The notes under the pieces are model-generated. The model saw only the letters and a program-made list of their open reading frames with translations, had not been told where the DNA came from and ran no database searches. A program made the translations under genes and the position numbers. Source: Deltaproteobacteria bacterium (GTDB lineage Bacteria; Myxococcota_A; Polyangia; HGW-17; JAJRWW01). From it: 64,000 nucleotides of DNA. Below are positions 9,246 through 17,334 of the stretch, piece by piece. The DNA lies in NCBI GenBank assembly GCA_029938605.1, contig JAOZUO010000015.1:779-64778 (forward strand). The letters are read 5' to 3'. Every line of letters starts with the position of its first letter. Positions within the stretch are counted from its first letter, which is position 1.

Positions 9246-10547
9246 TTTGCCCGAGCCCACTTCGCGCTCGACCTCTTCCACTGCTTTGGGGACCGCTGAG
9301 GTGAGCACTTCGCAGCCCGTTGAGGTCACCAGGATGTCGTCCTCTATGCGCACGCCCAGCCCGGCCAGGTCGGCGGGGCATCCTTCGGCCCCCGCCGGGA
9401 AGTAGAGCCCGGGCTCGATGGTAAACACCATGCCGGGCTTCAGCTCGATATCCGCGGTCTGTACGTCCAGGGGGGCTGCGTCATGTACGTCCAGACCCAA
9501 CCAGTGACTGGTTTGATGTGGATAGAAGGGCGCGAGGGCCGACTGGCTCAGGAGCTCCTCCGGATCCCCGGCGAGCACCTCCAGCGCCATTAACCCGTCG
9601 ATGAGGCGACGGCAGGCGACGTGGTGCACCGCCCCGAGGGTGGTGCCTGGCGCCACCGCTCGGATGGCGGCGAGCTCGGCCTCCAGCACCACCTCGTAGA
9701 CCTGCCGCTGGCGGTTGGTGAACCGACCGTTGACGGGGTAGGTGCGGCTGATGTCGCCCTTATAGTGATCCTGGTCAGCGCCCGCGTCCACCAGCACGAG
9801 GTCGCCGTCTCGCAGCGGGGCATCGTTCCGATCGTAGTGCAGCACGGTGGCGTTGACCCCGCTCCCGACGATGGACGGGTTGGCGGGCCCCACACCGCCA
9901 TGGCGTCGAAAGGCGTAGTCGAGCTCCGCCTCTAGATCGCGTTCGTTCATTCCCGGGCGGCAAGCGCGCATGGCGGCCAGTTGGGCGGCGGCGGTGGTGT
10001 CACAGACCCGGCGCAGGGCGGCGATCTCGTCGTCGTCCTTGATCAGCCGCATGGCGCCGAGGTGCGCCTCGGGATGGACGATGGTGTAGGGGAAGACGGT
10101 GCGCTCCTTTCGCGCGAGGCGGCGGGCACCCTCCACCGCCGCCAGCACCAGGTCGTCCATGGGCCGTTGCCTCCCGAGGGCGAAGTGCAGGGTGTCTACA
10201 CCCACGAGCAGCTCGGGCAGCTTCGCCGAGAGGTCTCCGATGGGATAGGCCGCATCGGCGCCAAAGTTTTCTATCGCTCCTTGGGGACCGAGCCGGCGTC
10301 CGCTCCAGGTTTCGGCCAGCTCGTCCCGGGGACGCACGAAAAGCGTCAAAGTGGGCTCGTCCCCTTGCAGTCGCAGTACGGCTACGGATTCGGGCTCCTC
10401 CCAGCCGGTCAGGTAGTACAGGTTGGGGTCCGGCCGGTAGCGGTAGGTGATGTCGTGGGCCATGCGCGCCCGCGGGGAGGCGGGGAGCACGAAGACGGCC
10501 CTCGGGTGTTTGTGCGCCAGGTGGTGGCGGCGGTCTTGGAAGGTCAA
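9228..10547 (-). CDS. pepP: Xaa-Pro aminopeptidase (M24B, PepP)
   Basis: Colinear with E. coli PepP over its length (YRYRPDPNLYYLTGWEEPE; HYDRNDAPLRDGDLVLVDAGADQDHYKGDISRTYPVNGRFT; HWLGLDVHD). The proposed start is TTG at 10547, giving 439 aa (E. coli PepP 441 aa) and an N-terminal TFQDRRHHLAHK that parallels EFQRRRQALVAQ. It overlaps the upstream stop as TTGA. The ORF-track 5' extension to 10958 is read-through. Confidence 0.85.
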   Translation of the reverse strand: MTFQDRRHHLAHKHPRAVFVLPASPRARMAHDITYRYRPDPNLYYLTGWEEPESVAVLRLQGDEPTLTLFVRPRDELAETWSGRRLGPQGAIENFGADAAYPIGDLSAKLPELLVGVDTLHFALGRQRPMDDLVLAAVEGARRLARKERTVFPYTIVHPEAHLGAMRLIKDDDEIAALRRVCDTTAAAQLAAMRACRPGMNERDLEAELDYAFRRHGGVGPANPSIVGSGVNATVLHYDRNDAPLRDGDLVLVDAGADQDHYKGDISRTYPVNGRFTNRQRQVYEVVLEAELAAIRAVAPGTTLGAVHHVACRRLIDGLMALEVLAGDPEELLSQSALAPFYPHQTSHWLGLDVHDAAPLDVQTADIELKPGMVFTIEPGLYFPAGAEGCPADLAGLGVRIEDDILVTSTGCEVLTSAVPKAVEEVEREVGSGKGPVQE

Positions 10548-13261
10548 GAGGGGGTCCGCCGAGAGCGGCGGAGGGCCAGGCCCAACACGAGCAGCACGAG
10601 CAGCGCACTGGCGGGCCACTGCTCGAAGGGGTCTGCGCCCCGGTGGGAGCAGTTGCAGGCCGCGGCGCACTTGGAGTTCACCGGCGCGATGCCGTCGCAG
10701 TTGCGGTCGCCCGTGTCGCAGCCCTCCGTGGCCCCTGGGTGTATATTGGGATCCTCGTCGTTGCAGTCCCGCACGGTACAGAAGGGACCCACTCCGTATC
10801 CGTCGCCGTCGTGGTCGGTGCATAGGATGCAGCCCTCGTCGGGCACGCCGTCGGCGGACTGATCGATGCCGTCGCCACAGATCTCCGGCGCGCCGGGCCA
10901 GGTGGCCGGATCGTTGTCGTCGGGGTCTTCGACCACGCAGTCTTCGCCCACGCCCCAACCATCGCCGTCGTTGTCCACGCAGTCCACCCCCGGGCAGCCG
11001 TCGTCGGGGGTTTGGTCGCAGTCCTGGTCAATCCCGTCTTCGCAGATTTCCTGCTCACCCGGGTTGCGACTACTGTCCGCGTCATCACAGTCTGGCACCA
11101 CACAGCCCGAGCCTGAGCCCCAGCCGTCGCCGTCGTTATCGATGCAGTTCAGCTCCGGGCAGTCCGCCTCGCAGGTGGCGTCTCCCGCACAAGCCAGGAC
11201 GCAGTCGGGGTCGGGGCACAGGTTGCCGGGAGTCCCCTCGTCGATGGTGTAGTCGCAGTCGTTGTCCACGAGGTCACAGACCTCGGTGGCCCCGGGGTTC
11301 ACGGCGTTGTTAGTGTCGTCGCAGTCGCGCTGGCGGTCCTGGCATAAGGGATCGTCGCCGTTACCCACGAACCAGCCGTCGCCGTCGGTGTCCACGCAGG
11401 TGTCGCAGCCGTCGTCGGGGATGCCGTTGCCGTCGTTGTCGATACCGTCGCCGCAGACCTCCCCACCGCCGGGGATGTTCGGGTCATTGTCGTCGGGATC
11501 CTGTATCCCCGTGCACCCTTCGCCCACGCCGTAGCCGTCGTCGTCTTCGTCCCAGCAGAAAGAGCCCTCACAGTTCTCGTCGATGAGCCCGTCGCAGTCG
11601 TTGTCCTGGTTGTCGTTGCAGAGCTCCTCGGCGTCCGATGAGCCCGCCGCGGGGTTGGTGTCGTCGCAGTCCTGTACGCCCCCCGGGCACCCGCCGCCCA
11701 CGCCGTAGCCGTCGCCGTCCATGTCGCAGCAGCTCACTCCCTCGCAGCAGTCGTCCACGATGCCGTCGCAGTCCTGGTCGATGCCGTCGCCGGTTCCGTC
11801 GATGCCGCACGAATCTTCGGCGTAGGGGAAGCGGGAGGGGTCGCCATCGTCGCAGTCTGGGAGTACGCAGTCGGAGCCGGAGGGCCACCCGTCGCCGTCC
11901 AGGTCCTGGCAGTCGACGCCTTCGCAACCGTCGTCCGGGGTCAAGTTGCAGTTCTGGTCGAGGCCGTCGCCGCAGATCTCCGGGGCTTCTGGGAAGATGG
12001 ATGAGTCGTTGTCGTTGCAGTCCTCTGCCGTGAGACAGTCCGATCCGATGCCGTAGCCGTCGCCGTCCTGGTCGGAGCAGCCCGACACCACCGTCCCACC
12101 AGGCACCGTGATCTTCAGCGATCCCTCGAGGTTGGTGGAGCGGTCCGGGTCATAGACGAACTCGTCGGCGTCCACCTGTACCCAGGACTCGTAGTACTCC
12201 TTGCCCGGTCCGGTGGGGAGCAGGGTGAGCGGGTCGTTCCAGGTGAAGGTCATGGGCTCGCACTGATCGGGCGGGAGTGAGCCCCAGCGGAGGTGCTGGT
12301 CGCCCGGCTCTCCGACCTGGGGAGGTTCCATCTCCGAGCGGTCGTAGTACAGGTCGATCCAGAACACCCCGGCGGTGCAGGCGCCGCGGTTGCAGACGGT
12401 CACGTCGTAGTTTACTTCCCAGGGCGCTGACGGGCTCACCGTGGCCTGGAACTGCTCAACCACCAGATCGGCGTTGCACATCTCGTAGACGAAGGGACCC
12501 ATGATGTTGTTGTCCTCGTGGACCTCTTCCTCGAAGTCTCCGTCGTCCACCTTGACCCAGGAGCGGTAGGTGCCGTTGGGGGTCGGTATACGTTTGTATT
12601 CCACCGCCAGGCACATGGACAGGTCGAAGTATTCCCAGCCGTTCCACCAGGAGCGGAATGCCGGGGCGAGGGCCTCGTAGGATTTGAAGGCGTCGGAGTA
12701 GGTGGTGTCGGTGGGGGCGCGATCGTAGTAAAAGCCCACGCGGAAGTTGTAGGCCACGTCCGTTCCGGTGTTGCAGACGATGGCGTTGTAGTTGGTGGTG
12801 TCTCCGTCCAGGGTGATCCAGAAGGCCCAGGGCCACAGGTCCGGTCCGACGACGTATTCGAAGGGGCCCGCGATGTTGTTCAGTGGCGAGGCGTCGCTGG
12901 GGTGGTCCGCCCGACACCAGAGCTGATACACCCCGTTGGGCATGGTGATCGGATCCAGCCAGGGGCCGGACTCCACGATGTGCGCGGGGGAACCGCTGGT
13001 GGCGTCGACGAACGAAAGGTTGAGGTCAGAAGGGTCGGTGGCGTTGGGCCCCGGAGTGGTATCCGGACCGTTCAGGAACACCTTGAGGATACCGGTGGAC
13101 TGGTCGTTGTCGCGGTTGTAGACATCGGCGCGGATTCGGACCTGGAACTCGGCCACGTCGGCCTCACAGAGCGTCACGTCGAAGTCCACCGCGTGGACCG
13201 TTGGGGCGCCCACCGCCAGCGAAATGAGGACCGTCGTCACCGCAACTATTTGTCTACCCAT
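10544..13261 (-). CDS. Large secreted protein with ~10 MopE-type putative metal-binding motifs (DxDGDGYG...CDDxDxxxxPGAxExCDGIDQDCDG) and MYXO-CTERM-like C-terminal anchor
   Basis: The start is taken at the ATG at 13261 (MGRQIVAVTTVLISLAVGAPTVHA signal peptide). Repeated Cys/Asp-rich units follow. The C-terminus is CAAACNCS...ALLVLLVLGLALRRSRRTPS, a Cys-rich box plus hydrophobic helix plus Arg cluster. Confidence 0.8.
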   Translation of the reverse strand: MGRQIVAVTTVLISLAVGAPTVHAVDFDVTLCEADVAEFQVRIRADVYNRDNDQSTGILKVFLNGPDTTPGPNATDPSDLNLSFVDATSGSPAHIVESGPWLDPITMPNGVYQLWCRADHPSDASPLNNIAGPFEYVVGPDLWPWAFWITLDGDTTNYNAIVCNTGTDVAYNFRVGFYYDRAPTDTTYSDAFKSYEALAPAFRSWWNGWEYFDLSMCLAVEYKRIPTPNGTYRSWVKVDDGDFEEEVHEDNNIMGPFVYEMCNADLVVEQFQATVSPSAPWEVNYDVTVCNRGACTAGVFWIDLYYDRSEMEPPQVGEPGDQHLRWGSLPPDQCEPMTFTWNDPLTLLPTGPGKEYYESWVQVDADEFVYDPDRSTNLEGSLKITVPGGTVVSGCSDQDGDGYGIGSDCLTAEDCNDNDSSIFPEAPEICGDGLDQNCNLTPDDGCEGVDCQDLDGDGWPSGSDCVLPDCDDGDPSRFPYAEDSCGIDGTGDGIDQDCDGIVDDCCEGVSCCDMDGDGYGVGGGCPGGVQDCDDTNPAAGSSDAEELCNDNQDNDCDGLIDENCEGSFCWDEDDDGYGVGEGCTGIQDPDDNDPNIPGGGEVCGDGIDNDGNGIPDDGCDTCVDTDGDGWFVGNGDDPLCQDRQRDCDDTNNAVNPGATEVCDLVDNDCDYTIDEGTPGNLCPDPDCVLACAGDATCEADCPELNCIDNDGDGWGSGSGCVVPDCDDADSSRNPGEQEICEDGIDQDCDQTPDDGCPGVDCVDNDGDGWGVGEDCVVEDPDDNDPATWPGAPEICGDGIDQSADGVPDEGCILCTDHDGDGYGVGPFCTVRDCNDEDPNIHPGATEGCDTGDRNCDGIAPVNSKCAAACNCSHRGADPFEQWPASALLVLLVLGLALRRSRRTPS

Positions 13262-13325
13262 GGAGTGAGTCCTTTTCTTACCTGAACCCTTATACGTTAC
13301 CGGTCCGGAGCGGATCTCGTCAAGC

Positions 13326-13364
13326 GGATCGCAACAGAGGATCGCAACAGAGGATCGCAACAGC
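13326..13364. promoter_or_regulatory. Three tandem 13-bp direct repeats (ggatcgcaacaga x3) in divergent promoter region
   Basis: Perfect copies at 13326-13338 and 13339-13351; the third copy at 13352-13364 has one change. They lie between the divergent starts at 13261 and 13392. Confidence 0.6.
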
Positions 13365-13391
13365 GGTGGCTGTGATAGACTGCGCCTCGCC

Positions 13392-14288
13392 ATGGCCAAA
13401 GAGAAAACCCATAGCATCGAGCAGGGTGAAGCCCAGGATCCGGCGGAGGAGCTCGCTTCCCTGGTAGGGGCGCTGCGCACCCACCTGGGCTGGCTCACCG
13501 AGCGGGGCGTACCCTATCTCCCGGCGGCCCCATCGCCGCGCTTCTCCGAGCCGGTGGCCGAGTCGGTGGCCGAGTCGGTGCAAGCGCCGGACGTTGCGCC
13601 GGCAAACGCACCAACCCACGCCCATGCTCGACCGGTGGATCTGTCGGAGCCCCGTGGCGGCGTTTCGGACCAGACCTCCTCGGCCGAGGACCTCGCCACG
13701 CTCACCAGCCCCGGGGTCGGCGCGTCGGGTCTGGCGCGGATCCGGGAGTGCCTCGGCGACTGTCACCGCTGTGGGTTGTCCCAGGACCGTGTGCAGGTGG
13801 TCTTTGGTCAGGGCGCTCCGGATGCCGATCTTCTCTTCGTGGGCGAGGCGCCGGGTCGAGACGAGGATCTTGCCGGCGAGCCCTTCGTAGGGGCAGCGGG
13901 AAAGCTGCTCACCAAGATGCTCAAGGCCATGGGCTTTGACCGGGACCAGGTATACATCGGCAACGTGATCAAGTGCCGCCCCCCGCGCAACCGAAACCCT
14001 CTGCCCGAGGAGCTCGCCGGGTGTGAACCCTTTCTCCTGGCGCAGATTCGGGCCATTCAGCCCAAGATCATTGTGACCCTGGGGCGGTTCGCCGCGCAGG
14101 CTTTGCTCCGGTCGGACGAATCCATCGGGCGCCTCCGTGGTCGGCTGCACTCCGTCGTGCTCGACGGCCGCGAGGTGGTCCTGGCGCCCACGTACCACCC
14201 GGCCTATCTGCTTCGAAACGCCCAGGCCAAGCGTCCGGTTTGGGAGGATTTGCAGCGCGTCATGGCCTGGCTCAAGGAGCACCCATAG
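13392..14288 (+). CDS. Uracil-DNA glycosylase, family 4
   Basis: Translation CHRCGLSQDRVQVVFGQGAPDADLLFVGEAPGRDEDLAGEPFVGAAGKLL...VIKCRPP carries the family-4 UDG motifs, including the Fe-S Cys. Confidence 0.85.
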   Translation: MAKEKTHSIEQGEAQDPAEELASLVGALRTHLGWLTERGVPYLPAAPSPRFSEPVAESVAESVQAPDVAPANAPTHAHARPVDLSEPRGGVSDQTSSAEDLATLTSPGVGASGLARIRECLGDCHRCGLSQDRVQVVFGQGAPDADLLFVGEAPGRDEDLAGEPFVGAAGKLLTKMLKAMGFDRDQVYIGNVIKCRPPRNRNPLPEELAGCEPFLLAQIRAIQPKIIVTLGRFAAQALLRSDESIGRLRGRLHSVVLDGREVVLAPTYHPAYLLRNAQAKRPVWEDLQRVMAWLKEHP

Positions 14289-14363
14289 GACGGCCGACGA
14301 TCCCTGGTCGTTGCCTGGGGTCGACGGTCGGGCTACAAAGGCCATCTCAAGAGAAGGACATCC

Positions 14364-15572
14364 ATGTACACCACGCTCAAGCTACGTATCCCTCCTCGGG
14401 CGCCCCACCTGGCCGATGGCTCGGTGCAGGGCACCTTCCTGTTGGAGCTCTTCGGCGACATGGCGGCGGAGCTGCTCATCGGCATCGACGGTGACGAGGG
14501 GATACTGCGTGGGCTGGCTGATGTGGAGTTTCCCTCGCCGGCCTATCTGGGTGACTTCATCGAGGCGGAGGCGGAGGTCATCCACTGGGGGGACGGCACC
14601 CGGCGCATCTCCTTTACGGCCCACAAGGTGGCTTCGAGCCTCACGCCCACCCTGCCGCGCTCTTCGGCGGCCCAGCAGCTTCCCCACGCCAAGCCCATCT
14701 GCTCGGCCAAGGCGCTGTACTTCGTCCCTGAGAAGCGTCGGCGCATCCAGAACGCGCCGGACCCGTTGATCATCACCTGTGCCCCGGTGGGCAGCGAGAC
14801 CACCCGGGAGGACAACCCCTATCTGCCCCTCACACCGGACGAGATCGCCGCCGAGGTAGCTCGCTGCGCGGCGGAGGGGGCCACGGTGGCGCATCTGCAT
14901 GTGCGGGACGAGGCGGGCGAGGCCACCCAGAGCCGGGAGATCTTCGCCGACGCCATTCAAAAGATCCGGCAGCGGTGCGATATCATCATCCAGGTCTCCA
15001 CCGAGGGAGACGCCGCCATGGAGGTCACGGCCCGCTGTCAGCCCCTGGAGGCCGGGGGCGACATGGCCTCCCTGGCCACGGGCACCGTGAACCGCGGGGA
15101 TCACATCTTCTTCAACTCCAAGCCCCTGGTGGAGCACGTGGCCCTGCTCATCAAGCAGGCCAACCTGGTGCCGTGCATTGAGGTCTATGATCTGGGTCAT
15201 GTGGAGAACGTGAAGCTGTTGGCAAAAAAGGGCCTGGTGACCCTGCCGGGCCATTATGAGTTCGTCCTGGGCGCTAAGGGCGGCATGGGCGCGCGTACCG
15301 AAGTGGTTCACCTTCTCGCCGAGATGATTCCCCGCGGATCCACCTGGTCAGTCACGGGTGTGGGCCGGCACCAGCTTCGCATGGCCGAGCTCGCCGTCCG
15401 CCGCGGCGGTCACACCCGGGTAGGCCTGGAGGACAACGTGAACCTAAGCCGCGACGTCCAGGCCCAAGGCAGCGCCCCGCTCGTAGCCAAGGTCGCCGAA
15501 TACGCCAAATCCATCGGCCGCCCCATCGCCGACGTGGCCGCCGCCCGCAAGATCCTCGGGATTCAGAAGTAG
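14364..15572 (+). CDS. Fusion protein: N-terminal hotdog-fold domain (3-aminobutyryl-CoA ammonia-lyase/thioesterase-like) + C-terminal BKACE/DUF849 (3-keto-5-aminohexanoate cleavage enzyme family)
   Basis: C-terminal ~270 aa: IITCAPVGSETTREDNPYLPLTPDEIAAEVARCAAEGATVAHLHVRDEAGEAT...IIIQVSTEG, the BKACE signature. N-terminal ~110 aa: DGSVQGTFLLELFGDMAAELL...EAEAEVIHWGDGTRRISFTAHKV, hotdog-like. Confidence 0.7.
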   Translation: MYTTLKLRIPPRAPHLADGSVQGTFLLELFGDMAAELLIGIDGDEGILRGLADVEFPSPAYLGDFIEAEAEVIHWGDGTRRISFTAHKVASSLTPTLPRSSAAQQLPHAKPICSAKALYFVPEKRRRIQNAPDPLIITCAPVGSETTREDNPYLPLTPDEIAAEVARCAAEGATVAHLHVRDEAGEATQSREIFADAIQKIRQRCDIIIQVSTEGDAAMEVTARCQPLEAGGDMASLATGTVNRGDHIFFNSKPLVEHVALLIKQANLVPCIEVYDLGHVENVKLLAKKGLVTLPGHYEFVLGAKGGMGARTEVVHLLAEMIPRGSTWSVTGVGRHQLRMAELAVRRGGHTRVGLEDNVNLSRDVQAQGSAPLVAKVAEYAKSIGRPIADVAAARKILGIQK

Positions 15573-15585
15573 CTGACCGGGTCGC

Positions 15586-16596
15586 CTACACCTTCGACAG
15601 ATCGCCGAGCTCGGGTTCGAAGGCGTGACCGTTTTGCCAGCCTATCGTGCCGGTGGTGCGGTAATGTTCGAGGCGACGGATGGTGAGCTCGCAGTAGACG
15701 GGATCGATGTCGGCGGTGAGGGCGCGGCGGTTGAGGCGTTCACAGGCCAGCAGGGTGGTGCCGGAGTGGGCGAAGCTGTCGAGGACCACGTCGCCGGGGT
15801 TTGAGGCCGCGGCGACGATGCGCTCGATGGCGAGCAGGGGCTTTTGGGCGTAGCAGCCCGAGACGTTCTCTTCCAGGCGGTAGAACACCTGCTGCACGTC
15901 CACCCACACGTTGCCTGGGCGGATGGTCTTGCCGCGTCCGCGCTCGGTGTTCTCCGTTCGGCGGCCGTCGACTTCCTTGTAGTAGCCGCGGAGGATCTTG
16001 GGGATGTCGGTGTACTGCACGGTGAAGGGCGGAGCGCCACGGGTGTAGATGAGCAGCTCCTGGCGTACGGCCATCCAGTTTTTCTGGGTGCCGTATCCCC
16101 GCTGGTTGCGCAGAGTCACGAAGGATCGTGTCTGTAGGGGCTGGTCGCGCATCATGATCATGAAGTCGGGCAGGGGCCCGAACCCGTGGCGCTGGTCGGC
16201 TCCGAGCCACACGTAGAGGCTGGCGTCGTCGGCCATGCAGTCCAGGGTGACTTCCACCCAGCGTCGGCACCAGGTCACGTACTCATCGAGTCGCTGCTGA
16301 TGGAAAGCCACCAGGTTGTAGGGCGGGTCCTGCACGGCGAGGGTCGCGGGTCGTCCTTCGGCGAGGCGCGCCATCTGCGCCGGGTCCGCTGCGTCCAGGC
16401 AGCCCACTCGGTGCTGGTTCGTGGGGTCGGTCCACACCTCGCCTGCTCGCAGCCGGCACAGGGGCAGCAACCGTTCACGCATGGCCGGGTCGCGATCCAG
16501 CCGGGGCAGGGGAGTACCTTTCATGGGGCCATTGAATGCGCGGAGGCCAGGTGAGTCAAGCACGGTCCCGGTTTCCTTGCGCGTCGGGGCTGCCAA
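15586..16596 (-). CDS. DNA methyltransferase, beta-class (N6-adenine or N4-cytosine), apparently orphan
   Basis: DPPYN (motif IV) precedes FAHSGTT (motif I), the beta-class order. No restriction-endonuclease-like neighbour is present. Confidence 0.75.
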   Translation of the reverse strand: MAAPTRKETGTVLDSPGLRAFNGPMKGTPLPRLDRDPAMRERLLPLCRLRAGEVWTDPTNQHRVGCLDAADPAQMARLAEGRPATLAVQDPPYNLVAFHQQRLDEYVTWCRRWVEVTLDCMADDASLYVWLGADQRHGFGPLPDFMIMMRDQPLQTRSFVTLRNQRGYGTQKNWMAVRQELLIYTRGAPPFTVQYTDIPKILRGYYKEVDGRRTENTERGRGKTIRPGNVWVDVQQVFYRLEENVSGCYAQKPLLAIERIVAAASNPGDVVLDSFAHSGTTLLACERLNRRALTADIDPVYCELTIRRLEHYRTTGTIGWQNGHAFEPELGDLSKV

Positions 16597-16624
16597 CGGC
16601 GTCGGATTGCGCTACTGTTGATCC

Positions 16625-17329
16625 ATGGACGACGTGCTCATTATTTTGCCCACGTATAACGAGCGGGAGAACCTGGAGCGGATGGTGGCCGCTATCGGCC
16701 GGGAGATGCCGGGCGCCCACGTGCTCATCATCGACGACGGCTCTCCAGACGGTACCGGAGACATCGCCGACGGTCTCGCCGAGTCCCACGAGGGGGTCTT
16801 CGTACACCACCGGAGCGGTAAGCTGGGTCTGGGCACGGCGTACCTGTGGGGGTTTGGCTGGGCCTTGGAACGGGACTACCGCCACGTGTTCGAGATGGAC
16901 TGCGACTTCAGTCACGACCCGGCGGATCTGCCGCGGCTGTTGGAGCAGTCGCGGCGTGGAGCGGATCTCGTCATCGGCTCGCGGTACGTGGATGGGGGCG
17001 GCACCGAGGACTGGGGGCTGCTCCGTCGCCTCATCAGCCGGGGCGGCGGCTTCTATTCTCGCCTGGTGCTTGGCATCGGCGTGCGAGATCTCACGGCCGG
17101 CTTCAAGTGTTTCAGCCGGGAGGGGCTCGAAGCGCTCCCCCTCCACCGCATCCGTTCCGAGGGGTTCTCCTTCCAGATTGAGGTCAACTACCTCGCCTCC
17201 AAGTCCGGTCTGCGCATTGTAGAGGTTCCGGTGACCTTTCGCGATCGCCAGGAGGGCACGTCGAAGATGTCGGGCGGCATCTTTGCCGAGGCCCTGCTCG
17301 TGGTGTGGCGGATCCGGTTGGGGAGCTGA
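16625..17329 (+). CDS. GT2 glycosyltransferase, polyprenol-phosphate mannose/glucose synthase-like (Dpm1/ArnC-like)
   Basis: Translation ILPTYNERENL...LIIDDGSPDGT...DCDFSHDP. The DxD and GT-A signature motifs are present. Confidence 0.8.
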   Translation: MDDVLIILPTYNERENLERMVAAIGREMPGAHVLIIDDGSPDGTGDIADGLAESHEGVFVHHRSGKLGLGTAYLWGFGWALERDYRHVFEMDCDFSHDPADLPRLLEQSRRGADLVIGSRYVDGGGTEDWGLLRRLISRGGGFYSRLVLGIGVRDLTAGFKCFSREGLEALPLHRIRSEGFSFQIEVNYLASKSGLRIVEVPVTFRDRQEGTSKMSGGIFAEALLVVWRIRLGS

Positions 17330-17334
17330 GCTGG

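Noticed and set aside
9228-10958. Full 576-aa ORF-track extent for pepP, and the alternative ATG start at 10463
   Set aside because: The 5' 137 codons are read-through that overlaps the upstream gene's coding region. An ATG at 10463 would delete the conserved N-terminal helix and strand seen in PepP homologues, and the TTG at 10547 restores it.
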